Source: Eledone cirrhosa
Taxonomy: Eukaryota
Length of the DNA stretch: 64,000 bases
Direction of reading: 5' to 3'
NCBI GenBank assembly: GCA_964016885.1
Contig: OZ024742.1
Location: forward strand, 155,372,001-155,436,000
Part shown: one piece after another, positions 27,653 to 42,331 of the stretch
Layout of the letters: each line of letters starts with the position of its first letter
Numbering within the stretch: the stretch's first letter is position 1
The notes under the pieces: model-generated
Told to the model about the DNA's origin: nothing
The model's input: only the letters and a program-made list of their open reading frames with translations
Databases searched by the model: none
Program-made: the position numbers and the translations under genes

Positions 27653-28609
27653 ATATATATGGGCTTATATGTCAATTAGTTATATATTTCATAATATAGC
27701 ACACATATTTTCTTAAACACAGTCACTATCTACATAATTTCATCATTATTATCCCCTAAGTCACAGCCACTATATGTATTTCATTTCCAAATTTCCCATC
27801 TCTTTTGATCAACGTATCAATCTATCTATATATTTCTGACCTTCTCCTAACTCCCTCTCACACACAATAGAGGAAAATTCCATTACAACAGAACGCTTCG
27901 AATTTATTTTCATTTATTCTACATTTATTTGAAAATACTATGTATAAATATGACTTTATATATTTTTACGAAGTATATTAGGTAAATAAACTTTATTCAG
28001 TTTTGTTTGGTTTGTCATACTTTTCCTCAAAAAGGCCATTATATTTCTATCTATATCGACACCATAGCTGCTTATTGCACTTGTCATTTTCTAATCACAC
28101 GCATACATACATGCGTCCGGTGGCACATACCTGTGTGGCGGATAGGGCAGTTACTCAGTGTGTAATGTTTGTTGTTGTCACTGAATCACCTTTTCGATGC
28201 GTATCCTCGCAGTGAAGATCCTGTGAGAGCTAATTGTAAGTAAAGTCCTTTCTTGCAGATGGCTCTGCAGATAGTTGCAGTATATGTTTTCGCTGAAGTG
28301 TGGCACGTTCATGAAGTGTGCGTTTGAGCAGCTTTATATATCTGCGCCACCTCCGATTCCTAAGACAAAACATTGTGGAAAGGTATCCGTTCGGCTTCAT
28401 GAGATGTGTGAAGTGACCAGTGTGAGTGAACTCGTTCTTTCTCTATCTGCATTTATTCCGGATACGTGTCGGTTCATTTCTTATGTAACCGGTTTTAGCA
28501 CCAAGGGGAAGGGCTGATCTATATTGCACAAACAATTCTCCGCTGGCGGTGTTCATATAGAAGTTATATTATACAAAACCTTATTCTGTTATTCAAAGCT
28601 GGAAGTCAA

Positions 28610-28653
<44 letters not shown>

Positions 28654-28657
<4 letters not shown>

Positions 28658-28865
28658 AAGGGAGTGTTGTACGGAACCAGGTAGACCATAACGCACCAGT
28701 GTACTCGATACTTTGGGTAGTAGAGTGGGTAATAAGAAAAGGTTCAGAACCCCGAGAGCAGAGCTCAAGCCATTTCGACAGCTATTTCTGGACCAACATT
28801 TTAGTTCAGAAATAGCCGTCGAAACGGCTTGAGCTCTGCCCGTCGGAGTCATGAACCTTTTTCCC
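28654..28865. repeat. Asymmetric hairpin of module family B
   Basis: Arms ~28735-28792 / 28803-28862; TA on both sides. Confidence 0.75.
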
Positions 28866-29000
28866 ATATATATATATATAAAATTTAGAACTTTACATAC
28901 ACATAAAATAGACAGAGCCATATATATATGTTTTTTGGCAACCATTCACGGTGTGGCTCACTGACCAATTAATTAATTAAATAATCAACAATCAGAGCAA

Positions 29001-29100
29001 TATATAAGAAAGTCCATAGAATCATTAGATAAAATATATATAGTATTTATTCTCCCAATCACCATAATCTAATGATTCTATGGACTTACTTTCTTATATA
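29001..29100. repeat. Short hairpin module with a TA-rich centre
   Basis: aagtccatagaatcattagat inverted at 29067-29087; another copy at 33882-33940. Confidence 0.7.
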
Positions 29101-29752
29101 TGTATATATATATATACCAATTCTACACTCCTAAAAATAGACTATATATGAAATTTAATACGTTCTTCCTTCACCTATTCTCTGATAAAACTTTTGCCTG
29201 TCCATTACCAAATGCCACTTAAAATTCTATCTTCCTTATCTCTCCCTCTACTCATCACAACTTTTAGCACACAATCCTCCTCCCCCTCCCTTCTTGTACC
29301 TTAACTATATTCTATACAAATCCTCTCACACCACCCTATCTCTTTCTCTTCCTCTCCCTACCTCCGTCCCTTTTCTCTCTCTCTCTCCCTCTCTTTTGCC
29401 CCTCTCTCTCTCTCTCTGTTCCTCTATTTTACACTACTACACCTTATTTCATTTCCTAAGATCATTTCAACTTTGTATTTTGAAAATTCGGATGTCACAG
29501 TATCTTTCTTGATTGCCTATTATGACATAGTGTAGCAATAATGGACTGAAATTCTGATGAAACAATTGTTAATACGTGGATTAAATCCTTTTGTAACTGT
29601 TTACCTTCGTCCTATTTCTCTTTTTTGATTACACTCCTCGCTTGTTCGTGTTTCCACCACATAATCCCTACCAACCTGTTGAGTCACCTTAACGTATGTT
29701 GATAACTTTCCTCACAACTTGTTCTACCAAGCTTTGGAATATTCCTAATTAC

Positions 29753-29803
<51 letters not shown>

Positions 29804-30252
29804 GAATAATCGAGTATCGAAAAATCGGCGCACGAGTTCACGATAAACAAAATTCGAAATGAGCGGCAGAGGGCTCAATAATTCAGATAAATCAGAGCTA
29901 TAACTATCGTTAAAATACCGTCACATATAGAACATGTCTAAAATCAACCATACGACCGAAAAATTGCGATCTGGAAGATTCGGGACACTCAGATAAAATA
30001 TCAATAAATCAATAAATCAAATGAATATATATATATATATTTCGTTTCTGAATTTGTTTAGCATAATTCTTTATCTGAAATCGTGTGTTGAAACCGATCT
30101 TGTTATACTTTGGGAGGGTCATGTTGCCAATAAGAAACACACGCACCAGTTGCTTTCACTTCAATTTATTATAATAAATTTATAATAAATTCATAAATTT
30201 ATAAATTTCTGGTTGGTTGGTTGGTTCCCCAACCAGATAGTTGTTTATATAT

Positions 30253-30297
30253 AATCATAGTTATTTCGTCACACACTCTGTGACCTCTTCAGTGACT
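30253..30297 (-). ncRNA. Hammerhead ribozyme in the Penelope A 3' UTR/pLTR
   Basis: Minus strand: agtca-CTGAAGA-g-gtcaca gagtg tgtgac-GAAA-taac-TA-tgatt; copies at 33586-33630 (+, mutated core) and 40418-40462. Confidence 0.7.
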
Positions 30298-30491
30298 GGG
30301 AATTCTTTTATTTGTTTATGTGCCTCTCCTTTGTTCTGTCCTACGCCATTTTGTTTCTGTGTGTGTGTTGTGTGCTCAGTCTGCGCATGCGCCACATCCG
30401 GGTGTCTGTGTGTGTTTATGTTCATTTATTTATTTGTTTATTTACATGTTACTGGTTGGTTGTTTGTTCTATGTGTGTTTTCATTTTGTCC

Positions 30492-33055
30492 TTAATTGTA
30501 AGTTGTGATGTTGCTGTTCCACTCATATTTTCTATTTAATTTTGGTTGTAATTCTTTTATGTTTATTGCCTCTGTAATTTGTCTAAACATTGCGTCTTTT
30601 CTGTGTGTAGATTCTATTTTTATTTCTATGTTCTCTAATTTACCCTTGTGTGCTATTTTAGCATGTTGGTAGAGTACAGATGATTCTTTACTATCTTGAA
30701 GGTCTCGCCAGTGTTCATTTATCCATTCCCCTACACTACGAGCTGTCTCACCTATGTACACTATATTTCTGTCTCTGCATTGTCCTTCAGTACATCTTAT
30801 GCTATACACTACATTTCTAGTTTTACAGTTAATATGGGGGATTATTTTACAGGTTATACATTTCTTATCTATAGATGAGGGTCTTTGAAAAGGGTATGTC
30901 TTGCTAATAAGTGTTTTTACGGAGGTACCTGGTCTTTCTACTATCTTAATATTGAGTTTATGATTATTTAGGGCCCTTCTAAATTTGTAAGCTAATTCAC
31001 CTCTAGGGGTTGTATCGATGAACATTACACTCTGGTATTTATTGCTATCATACCATGAGTTTATTCTATTAGCCTTGTTCCTAGTTCTTTCTATTCTATT
31101 CCAAAATTTGCTCCTGTACAAGGGGCAGGTCCCATTTATGTTATTATTTACCATTTTTTCCCATTTGGTTCTGGCTCCTCTATACACTCTGATTTTATCT
31201 CTCTGATTGTAGCCAGAGAACTGCATACGGTGGATGAAGTGTTGTATGTGTCTCTCTAGTTCTTCGGGGTTGCACATGCGGGACACGTTTCTCATCACAC
31301 GTACCAAATCCGCAATCAGTATGTTGATTTTTGTATGGTCCGAAACGGCCGAGTTTCGGTGGATCAGATGTTTGGAAGTCATGGGTTTGGCATAATGGGA
31401 ATGGAGGATTTGTTTGTTGTTATTAATGGTATCTAATCAGAGCTCTGTGTCTAGTACAGGTAATCGATGGTTGGGGTGTTTACTTGGGTAGTCGATAGTA
31501 ACTCTAATGCTCCGGTGGATGGAATTAGCTATTTGCTGGATGCTTTCCATTGTGTTCTTCTCTAGTTTCTGACTCTTCTCTAATGGTGGTGTCTTAACTA
31601 CGATGTTTATATCATCAACGTAGCGGGAGTACATTATCAGGGTTAAGGGGTCTTCTAATTGTTCTTTAAGTTTAAGTTTAAGTCTACTGTCCCACCATAC
31701 CATGAATAAGTTAGCTATGTCACCTGCAATGGTAACACCAATGGCTGATCCTTCCTCTTGGGCATATGTTTTTCCATAAAATTTGAACATATGTTCCTTA
31801 AGGGTTAGCTTTATGCTGGCCCCTACCGCATGTGCAATCATTTTCTTCAGTTCATCGAGGTTTTCGGGTGTCCGTATGGCTCTGGTCCACCCGTTCCATC
31901 TATCTGTGTGGGTTTTCTTGGCCATTGAGGTAATGGTAGGTGGTCTGCCTCTAGCTGGTCTTCTAGGGCACAGGTTGCTAAGGTCATATGTGTCTAAGTA
32001 AATATTACTATATGTAAGTTTAAGTAGGAGTCCCAGCTAACTGGTATCAATCCCACGGAACTCAACATTGCTCTCACTGATCATTTCTACGCATTTCTCC
32101 ACAGCAAAATCCACGTCAATAGATGGATACAGGGACACAACATCCATACTACCTATTATGCAGTTTGTTAGGTCCCTAGATCGGTTACTCACACCGATTC
32201 TGCTGAGGAGGTCCTCCGTGCTGTCACATACATCTGGGGACATTTCAATGATGGGGCGTATGATCAGGGAGAGGAAGTAAGACAGTCTGTAGTTACTAGC
32301 AATGTTAGCTCCACAGACTGGCCGTGTTGGTGGTCCCGCGACAGGGTCACTGCCCGTTTTATGGTCTTTTCGAAGCCCATATAACGCCGGCACGTCATTG
32401 TTCAGGCCTGGAAGTTGTTGGCAGTGCTTTGGTTGGGCTGCATTATATTCGTCCACATCACCATATGGGCATTGAGGGCTTTTTCTCTATCCTCATTCTC
32501 CTGTGGTGTTACCTCTCTTGTGTTAGTGATGTGGGATTGCATTGCCTGGATGTAGTTTGGCAGGCTGTCAACCGACATTCTGCCAGACTTGTCTGTTGGA
32601 AAGCATGCTTTCTCTCCATTACGCGAGCGCTGCATGAGCTTAGGCAAGCCATTTGCAGATTTTTCTCCCAGTTGCTGGGCATCCATTCTATTATGCTTCT
32701 TGCTATACTGTTCTATAATATTTCTAAGTTCAGATCTAGCTATACTAAATTGTGCTTCTGTTTGTTCATCGACCTGCGACGGCAATTGCGTGCGTTTGTT
32801 AAATGGTAGAGTCGTGGCGTGGACTCGTCGCAGGTCGAAGGATTTGTCGGAGTGATTATAAAACGTAGAGTTCCAGGTTGCTGCTTTATGTGTACTAGTG
32901 CTATTGTTATTGTTAGTTGTGTTGTTTCTATTTCTATTTCCACCAAAAGCCTCATGATTGTTTCTATGTCTCTCATAATTACTCCTCTATCTTTCCACTG
33001 GCTCATTGTTGTTATCTACCCTATTTTGTGTGTCTGTGTGTTCGTCTTGGTTATA
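30492..33055 (-). pseudogene. Penelope-like polyprotein (reverse transcriptase + C-terminal GIY-YIG endonuclease), disrupted
   Basis: TDKSGR, LYGLRKDHK, RPVCGA, SMDVVSLYPSI, QEEGSAIG, YSRYVDD, LPVLD, NVVYSIRC...YIGETARS...EH; in-frame stops at ~32987, 32037 and 31437 and one frameshift near 32405. Confidence 0.9.
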
Positions 33056-33057
33056 AA

Positions 33058-33778
33058 GTAGAAATGTAGTGTATAGCATAAGATGTACTGAAGGACAATG
33101 TAGAGACAAAATATAGTGTACATAGGTGAGACAGCTCGTAGTGTAGGGGAACGGATAAATGAACACTGGCGAGACCTTCAAGATAGTAAAGAATCATCTG
33201 TACTCTACCAACATGCTAAAATAGAACACAAGGGTAAATTAGAGAACATAGAAATAAAAATAGAGTCTACACACAGAAAAGACGCAATGTTTAGACAAAT
33301 TACAGAGGCAATAAACATAATAGAATTACAACCAAAATTAAATAGAAAATATGAGTGGAACAGTAACATCACAACTTACAATTAAGGACAAAATGAAAAC
33401 ACACACACACATAGAACAAACAACCAACCAGTAACATGTAAATAAACAAATAAATAAATGAACATAGACACACACAGACATCCGGATGTGGCGCATGCGC
33501 AGGCTGAGCACACAACACACACACAGAAACAAAATGGCGTAGGACAGAACAAAGGAGAGGCACAGAAACAAAGAAAGAAATCACCAATCACCGAAGAGGT
33601 CACAGAGTGTGTGACGAAAGAACCATCACTATATATAAACAACTATCTGGTTGTGGAACCAACCAACCAACCAGAAATTTATAAATTTATAAATTTACTA
33701 TAAATTTATTATAGTAAATTGAAGTGAAAGCAACTGGTGCGTGTGTTTCTTATTGGCAACATGACCCTTCCAAAGTAT

Positions 33779-33783
<5 letters not shown>
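33058..33783 (+). mobile_element. Inverted copy of the Penelope A 3' end (inverted pseudo-LTR)
   Basis: Reverse complement of ~30100-30820, including the GIY-YIG tail (ORF 33116-33385); ends at (TA)n. Confidence 0.9.
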
Positions 33784-33856
<73 letters not shown>

Positions 33857-33933
33857 TTATAACATATATATGTATATATAAATGAGAAAGTAAGTCCATA
33901 GAATCGTTAGATTAGGCTGTTTGGGAGAAGAAA

Positions 33934-33978
<45 letters not shown>

Positions 33979-34059
33979 CAAGAAAGTGTAGGCAAATCCA
34001 GTACTTCAGTATGCGGAGAGGGAGCAATCAACGAAGAAATAAGGTCCGGAGTTATAATA

Positions 34060-34206
34060 GTGACGAAACATAAGTCAATTGGATGAACTCATAATCCTTT
34101 ATTTACTGCTATATATATTTCGATGACAGCCATTCAATGGCTATTATCAATATATATAGCAGTAAATAAAGGATTATGAGTTCATCCAATTGACTTATGT
34201 TTCGTC

Positions 34207-34209
<3 letters not shown>
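34060..34209. repeat. Near-perfect hairpin, ~73-bp arms
   Basis: agtgacgaaacataagtc...agccat tca atggct...gacttatgtttcgtcact; in a TA-bounded module starting at 33977. Confidence 0.85.
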
Positions 34210-34242
<33 letters not shown>

Positions 34243-35711
34243 GTGTGTGTGTGTGTGGGGGGGGTGTATTGCAAAACTAACATGGTTGATTCCTATGTAT
34301 GATATGCATATGCTTTAAAGGAAACGGCTACGAATGGGTTGAATCTTCAAATTGCCCATGGGAAATAGTCGTTCATATTACAAAATAAAATCCTTCGTCA
34401 ACAATGTTAATGAAGCAATCCGATCAAGACAATTTATGCTCCTCTTATGCTTTCCAAACAATCCAATCTATCATCATTTTTTTAGTTTCCTTAAAACGCC
34501 ATTTGTAAAATATATTTCATACCGAAACACGATCAGAGTAACATTCCACCAAGTTTGTAATCGTTAATTTTTCATATTAAATGTTTTATGTTCAATCCTA
34601 TTCAATAATTAAAAACACATACTAATTTCTTCGCATACCATAATGCTTCAAGCATTGTACTAAATCCGTTTATACCTACAAACCACTCGAAATAATATAG
34701 ATTGTAGATAACATCATAGTAAGGAATTTCTCCGATAATCGTTGGAACTGCATCACATTGGAAATATTGATTTTGATTCTTTTTGCCACTTTATTATCGC
34801 ATAGCACACACTTACCCATGATATTTAGTTAAATATTTACAGTTACATTCTTTTCTATAGACAATGAAAGGCATCGAACACAACACGGAAAATATTTCTA
34901 TTGTTTGAGGTACTAGGAAGATGCTTATTATTCTTGTTATATGTGAAGTCTATTTCGTTTCTCTCTACTTTTATGTATTAATAGTTAGAAAAATGTCGTA
35001 AAGATTGTTCAAGACATCTCTAGTAACTTCTAGATTTGGAAATGAAATTCATTGGTATGGAAGTTTTTACATGATAAAAGGAATGATTCAAAATAAAGTT
35101 AACAGAGAATAAATATATAGAAAGAAATAGCAGCTTTGAAATGAGCGAATTATGGCCCAAAATAGCAATAAAGAAGTACACCGAAATAGCAAAGTATATT
35201 CCCGGTAATTGTTCATTGTAGCATTAAGTCGTACTTTTGGCATTGGAATTTCTCTGTAAAGGTAGATGACAATTAATTGGAATAAGAAGCATGGATGACT
35301 ATCAGATATCTTATTATACAGATTTGCTGTCACTTTCACTGACTTTCATTTCACTTCATTTAACATTCATACAGACGTTTTATGCAGCTTAAGGTTACGG
35401 CAGTATCAAACGGGGCGATTTAGTTTTACATCGAAACTCTCTCATTCCTTCGTTTAAATTCTCTTATTATTCTGTCTTTGCATGGTGTGCTTAGGACAGG
35501 TCGTGAGATTCATCAACCGAATAACTGTTTGTGGCAGTTTAGTTCTTTGAATATACAGAACTACAAGTATTTCAGTAGATTTCTCTGATAAAATTCCATG
35601 GAAAACTTTGCCAGCAAGAAACAGACTTCTATCACAGACACGTAAACATGATAATGGTGTTAATATCGTGGTGGTTGTTTTTATTTTCATTATTATCATT
35701 GTTTCATTATT

Positions 35712-35885
35712 GTCATTAGAGGGTCGGACGCCATGCTTTTACGTATATAGTTATCGCCCTTGCCATTCTGAGTTCAAATCCCACCGAGGTTAACTTTGAC
35801 TTTCATCTTTACGGGATCGATAAAATAAAGTACTAGTAATGCACTGTGAAATTGCTGGCCTTGTGCCAAAAGTAGAAACAATTAT
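35712..35885 (+). mobile_element. SINE family 2
   Basis: Colinear with 27467-27652; followed by a further 5' half at 35905-35993. Confidence 0.8.
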
Positions 35886-35994
35886 TATCATTATTTGACA
35901 TAATTGGAAAAGCGTCGGACACCATACTCTGCAACATAGAGTTACAATCCTTTACGTTCTGCGTTCAAATCTCACCGAGGTTAACTTTGCCGTT

Positions 35995-36542
35995 CTAAAC
36001 GGAACGTCGGAATTCTGTGTCGGCATATGCGGACGATATCACCATGATGGTTTCGAACACCTGGGAAATTGAGCTAGTCATCACCTTTTTGGGGGAATAT
36101 GAAAGGTTGACGGGAGCAAAACTAAACCCGGGAAATTCGGAGGACATGCACCTAAGCAGCTGGAGAGTCAAATCCAACAATGTCATCCGGCGCTGACGGA
36201 GGTACTGCCAAAGCTGCACAGGTTTGGTTCTTACCAAACCTCCGAAGGGATAAGAATTGGGACAATGATACGATCAGGATAGCCACTCTCACCTAGATAG
36301 TGGCCGAGAGGAACCTGTCCCTGAATGGACGGGTGGATGTTGCGAACGCTTTCATCTACTACCGCCTGATCGTCTCCCTTGCCCCTGTTCGCGCATCGTC
36401 AAATTGGAGCGGCAATTCTTGAACTATTTATGGTGGAAACAGGTTCCATTGGTGAGGCGATTCATCTGCTTTCAGCACCCTCTATGCAGAGGGCTGGGCA
36501 TGCCGTAGTTAATATTGCCCAAACATGCTCTGAGGCCACCTA
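35995..36542 (+). mobile_element. Tx1/L1-like LINE RT fragment
   Basis: VSAYADDI motif at ~36018-36041; W.ERNLSLNGRVDVANAF downstream. Confidence 0.75.
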
Positions 36543-36700
36543 TGTGGTTAACAGGTGTAGAGCGCCAGATACTATACTTGCAGATTTCAAATCTCGCCGT
36601 GGTTAGCATGGCCCTTCATCTTTGCTGAATTGATAAATAAATTACCAGTAAAGCGCTGTGGTCGGTATAATCGGCTTTCTTGTCCCCCTTAAAATTGTTA
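36543..36700 (+). mobile_element. SINE family 2, decayed
   Basis: ttcaaatctcgccgtggttagc..cccttcatc...gataaataaattaccagt. Confidence 0.6.
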
Positions 36701-38511
36701 TCATCGGTCAGGTTCATCCTTTATATTCGAACAAATATAAACAATGAACCCAACTAGAAATACTACGCTCTATTCTCAACTCACAAACATGCTCACATTC
36801 GATGTTCTTATTTTGGAAAATGGTATCAAAACCTCGAAGTATATTGGAATGTTCATTTGTACTACTTTCCTATAGTTGCCACTGTTTTATTTCTACCTTC
36901 AATTTTACAGTTTTCCTTAGAATAATTCTAACGGCATATTTTACAATGCTTCATATAACGACTCTACCGCCTTCCACACACCTTTCCCCCTCTCTCTCAC
37001 ACTATATATACATATATATATATATATATAGTCTTGCCGGATAATTTACAATCTAGCTTTATGATTCTAAGCTGAGCCCTCATTTCCTAAAATGGTGTAT
37101 GATTCATCCGTTTTCAATCATATGGTTTAAACTTTCCTCTTCCCCAAAATTGCTGGTCTTGTGCCTATATAAGAAACCAGATGATTTAAACTTTCCGCTA
37201 TGTTCAATAATTTCATGTTTTATTCAACAACATTCTTGTTTGTAGGTACGGTAGTTAATCAGATACAGTTGCGATATATACGAATATAAGAACTATTTGC
37301 AGATACTCATGAAACAAACTAAAATCATCTTTAATGAACAACAACGTTTATTTCATTTTTTCCATTTCAGATTAACTTAAACCAAAATATAGATATGTTT
37401 AAGTGTTTGTGATATATGAATAGGTAATCAGGAGAAAAAACTGCAGTGTGGCTCACCCACTGACATAATTTATTCAGTGCTTGCTTCGATCCCAATGGTC
37501 TCATGTATCTGTGTATGATAAAAGTGCTTAATATGTTTTAGTTCTAGTATTAGATAAGCATCAATTACATGTTATTAATAATGTTTAAATGTTTAAATAG
37601 TTTATTTTCGTTAGCTAGATACGATGAAAAACTACACAATGTTTTTTATTGATTTGTTTACAAAATAAGTTAATATCGTCAATTATCACATGTTAAAAAA
37701 TATTTATTAACGTGTTTTTTTGGCTATTAAAATAAAATAAATGAAGTACCATGAATAAGAATAGCATTAACTATTCTATGGAATAGCTACTGTCATCTCT
37801 AAAATTGTATGTACAAGGACAATTATAAATATGAGTCGATTAAACGATAATATCGATATTTTTCATGTTTTTTAATGGAGATTTCTTGAAATTATTGGTT
37901 CGTAAGATAGAAATAGATTTGAAGAGGTTTCACGTTATCACTATCCCAAAATGTGCTCTATGTACGAATCACTCGTATTCATAAGAGCCATCATTTATTT
38001 TTATAACCTGAAGTGAAATGTATGAATGTTGGGATAAATATCCACTTGCGTTTATTCGTTTCACAGAATTAGCCACGAAATATTTCAATATTGAACACAG
38101 AAGAGTTACAATATATTGAGTTACACAAATATAGTTCAACATGCATACAGCAATTTCAGATCAATTCAAAACACGATGCTCATGGAGTACTATACTTTCT
38201 TTATTTTGAATCACATTAGGTATTAATTGCCATTGGAGTGAGAGCATAAATATATAACCTGTAGATATTGTCATTCAGTATAGTTAGATCTCAATTACCG
38301 AAGAAGATTATGTAATTACATTAATTTCACATACTTTAGTAAACACACAAAAACTGAAGATTTGTATATCGAGCTATAAATAACAGATATGTTCCATAGA
38401 TATTACTGTTTATGTGATAGTCACCGACTAAGTTAATGATCTTACTAGGAGGTGGCATTTGCCTTACATATTTTCATGGATCATAAACAAAGAATCAATC
38501 CAATAAAGTAA

Positions 38512-38563
<52 letters not shown>

Positions 38564-38865
38564 GCGCACGCACACACACACACACACACACACACGCACC
38601 CCCCCCCCACACACACCCACACACACACACGCACGCACAAGCACGCTCTCTCTCTCTTACTTCTCTTCCTCACATAGACACACGCGCTCGTAGAGACCCC
38701 ATTTCCCTTCAACTTTCCCATTCTTTATTTATCTGAACAAAATATGTCAGTTCTGGAAAGCTTTCCGCTTCTACACGTACACACGTAAATGTTGCTATTC
38801 TATCATTAGGCCATAATCCATGGATACGGTTGTATTTGTTTGCATACATACACCACACACATTAT

Positions 38866-38947
<82 letters not shown>

Positions 38948-38949
38948 CT

Positions 38950-39072
<123 letters not shown>

Positions 39073-39078
39073 ATATGT

Positions 39079-39123
<45 letters not shown>

Positions 39124-39158
39124 ATATATAGATAGATAGATAGATAGATATATGATAG

Positions 39159-39235
<77 letters not shown>

Positions 39236-39344
39236 GTATACACTCACACACATATATATATATATATATATATTTATATTTATTTATATATATATATATA
39301 TATAGATAGATAGATACATAGATAGATAGATAGATAGATGATAG

Positions 39345-39391
<47 letters not shown>

Positions 39392-39518
39392 ATATATATT
39401 TATATATGGGAAGAAATACATATGATGCCTAGTAGACAACTGATGATGGATATTCCTAACTTCTATTTATAATTCTTCATTGTTTATACTTAAATGCAAC
39501 ACAGCTCGCCATTTATAA

Positions 39519-39558
<40 letters not shown>

Positions 39559-39717
39559 GAATGGAAAATAATGAAATGGAATTTCATTTTTCACGCTTAG
39601 TACGTCTGATACTTAAATGTAAGTATGTATGCGTACATACATATATGCATACAGACGTGCAGTAGTATGTATATATATACATACATGCACACATATATAT
39701 ATATATACATATATATG

Positions 39718-40197
39718 TACGTATGGGTATAGTGAACATTTATTATAATATTTGGTTTGTTTGTAAACAAACAGCCCGAATTAAGCCTTACAGTGTTCGG
39801 CAACCACCGTTGCCCTTTTGTTCAACACTGACAAAGGAACGATCAACTTGTTTCAAGCTTATTAGCTATCGTCAACATCATATACCTTCCTTTCAGATGA
39901 TTCAACGTTTGGAAATATATAGTTTCATAATGCATATTAACAGCTGAGCAGCCGAATTTTCATCCAGTGAGTTAGCCTGGGCAATGATGGTTAAGAGTAA
40001 TGGAAGAAACTGAGAATGGTCTATACGTACAGAAATACAATTGACAGTAGGGACATGTATGCATATATATTTGTATTTAGGGAGTATGAATACGTGTGAA
40101 AAGGGCAACGATGGTTGCCGAACGGTGTACAGCTTAATTCGGGCTGTTTGTTTACAAACAAACCGAGCAATATAATAAATGTTCGGTAAGCCCAAAC

Positions 40198-40201
<4 letters not shown>
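39718..40201. repeat. TA-bounded hairpin module, ~100-bp arms
   Basis: 39718-39820 is inverted at 40098-40201. Confidence 0.8.
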
Positions 40202-40263
<62 letters not shown>

Positions 40264-40269
<6 letters not shown>

Positions 40270-40980
40270 ATACTTTGGGAGGGTCATGTTGCCAATAAGA
40301 AACACACGCACCAGTTGCTTTCAGTTCAATTTATTATAATAAATTTATAATAAATTTATAAATTTATAAATTTCTGGTTGGTTGGTTGGTTCCACAACCA
40401 GATAGTTGTTTATACATAGTCATATTTCTTTCGTCACACACTTTGTGACCTCTTCAGTGACTGGGGATTCCTTTCTTTGTTTCTGTGCCTCTCCTTTGTT
40501 CTGTCCTACGCCATTTTGTTTCTGTGTGTGTGTTGTGTGCTCAGTCTGCGCATGCGCCACATCCGGGTGTCTGTGTGTGTTTATGTTCATTTATTTACTT
40601 GTTTATTTACATGTTACAGGTTGGTTGTTTTTTTCTATGTGTGTATGTGTTTTCATTTTGTCCTTAATTGTAAGTTGTGATGTTGCTGTTCCACTCATAT
40701 TTTCTATTTAATTTTGGTTATAATTCTTTTATGTTTATTGCCTCTTTAATTTGTCTAAACATTGCGTCTTTTCTGTGTGTAGATTTTATTTTTATTTCTA
40801 TGTTCTCTAATTTACCCTTGTGTTCTATTTTAGCATGTTGGTAGAGTACAGATGATTCTTTACTATCTTGAAGGTCTCGCCAGTGTTCATTTATCCGTTC
40901 CCCTACACTACGAGCTGTCTCACCTATGTACACTATATTTTTGTCTCTACATTGTCCTTCAGTACATCTTATGCTATACA
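40264..40980 (-). mobile_element. Penelope A 3' fragment (GIY-YIG tail + 3' UTR)
   Basis: VYSIRCTEGQC...YIGETARSVGERINEH; nearly identical to 30100-30810; TA on both sides. Confidence 0.9.
40418..40462 (-). ncRNA. Hammerhead ribozyme, Penelope A copy
   Basis: Minus strand: agtca-CTGAAGA-g-gtcaca aagtg tgtgac-GAAA-gaaa-TA-tgact. Confidence 0.7.
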
Positions 40981-41037
40981 CGTCTGTATATATATATAAT
41001 GTGTGTAAGTATACATACTTACATATATATGTATATA

Positions 41038-41140
<103 letters not shown>

Positions 41141-41247
41141 TATATATAATATATATATATATGTATAATATATATATATATATATATATAATATATATAT
41201 ATATATATAATATATATATATATAATATATATATATATATATAATAT

Positions 41248-41279
<32 letters not shown>

Positions 41280-41283
41280 ATAT

Positions 41284-41430
<147 letters not shown>

Positions 41431-42295
41431 GCAAACATCCACAGACAGTGCACATAGGAAAAACACACATTCCTCAGCATACAAGCAAACTAAATTCACC
41501 CGTATCCATACTCCCTAAATACAAATATATATACATAAATGTCGCTACTGTCAATTGTATGGACATACATTTGTATTTCTGTACGTATAGACAATTCTCA
41601 GTTTCTCCCATTACTCCCATTTCATGTTTCCTTCTTCACTATCCTCCCCCTTCTTCTCCCCTTTCTAACCCCACCATTTCATACTATTAAACAGTTTACA
41701 ATAGACACTCCCCCTTTATGAATAGGTAAAATCCGAAATATTAATAATCACACGTTATTTTCCCTTCTCTAACTCATCTCCTGCTCCCTTTCTCAATGAA
41801 ATATCACTTCCCAACACATATACTCTGCCACACCAATATTTCATCCTGTTATCTACTTCACCACACCATTATTTTCCCTAAATCTGCTTATAAAACCAGA
41901 ATGAGTTTTTCCCCTCACTAAAGAAACGGTTAAATTTACTCTATTCAGCAGGATGAAGCTATTTAAATCATACCTATTGTCAAACATGGAATCATTCTAG
42001 AAATGTTCTAACCCTTATCCGTTTCATTTATTATCATTCTTTCTGAAAAGCGTTAAACACGAAGTGTCATATCATTTCTTCTCTCTCTACATGGATTATA
42101 TATCGATCTCGTTTAAACATTGATCATATATTTGAATGTATTTTTTGTTCACCACGCGTCATTTTTTCTTTTTATTGTTGATTTGCTTTACATAGTCACA
42201 TTTCAATTGTTTGGTCATTTATTTACGCGTTTTTTATCACCCATCTTTTTGTCATTCCTTCCTCTTTGCACTCTTTCTAATTCATCATTATTCTA

Positions 42296-42331
42296 TCTTC
42301 TGATGACTGACTATTGTTCGAAACGTAAAGA
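42296..42331 (+). ncRNA. Degenerate minimal hammerhead
   Basis: tctt-CTGATGA-ctgactattgttc-GAAACGTA-aaga; weak stem II; near the 3' end of pyrimidine-rich module 41430-42430. Confidence 0.4.

Larger units (their letters stand above)
30041..33057 (-). mobile_element. Penelope-like retroelement family A, 5'-truncated
   Basis: RT + GIY-YIG ORF followed by a ~450-bp 3' UTR ending at (TA)n. Confidence 0.92.

Noticed and set aside
29517-29575. Hammerhead near ctgatgaaacaattgtt
   Set aside because: GAAACAATTGTT matches family F, but CTGATGA overlaps it and no valid core plus stem II can be drawn
31437-31439. In-frame TGA in the Penelope RT as possible selenocysteine recoding
   Set aside because: It lies where Trp is expected after LPVLD, the same ORF also has TAG stops and a frameshift, and I saw no SECIS; ordinary decay
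35454-35699. Possible host coding exon (also 14422-14685 and 16904-17098)
   Set aside because: No recognisable domain and no convincing paired splice sites
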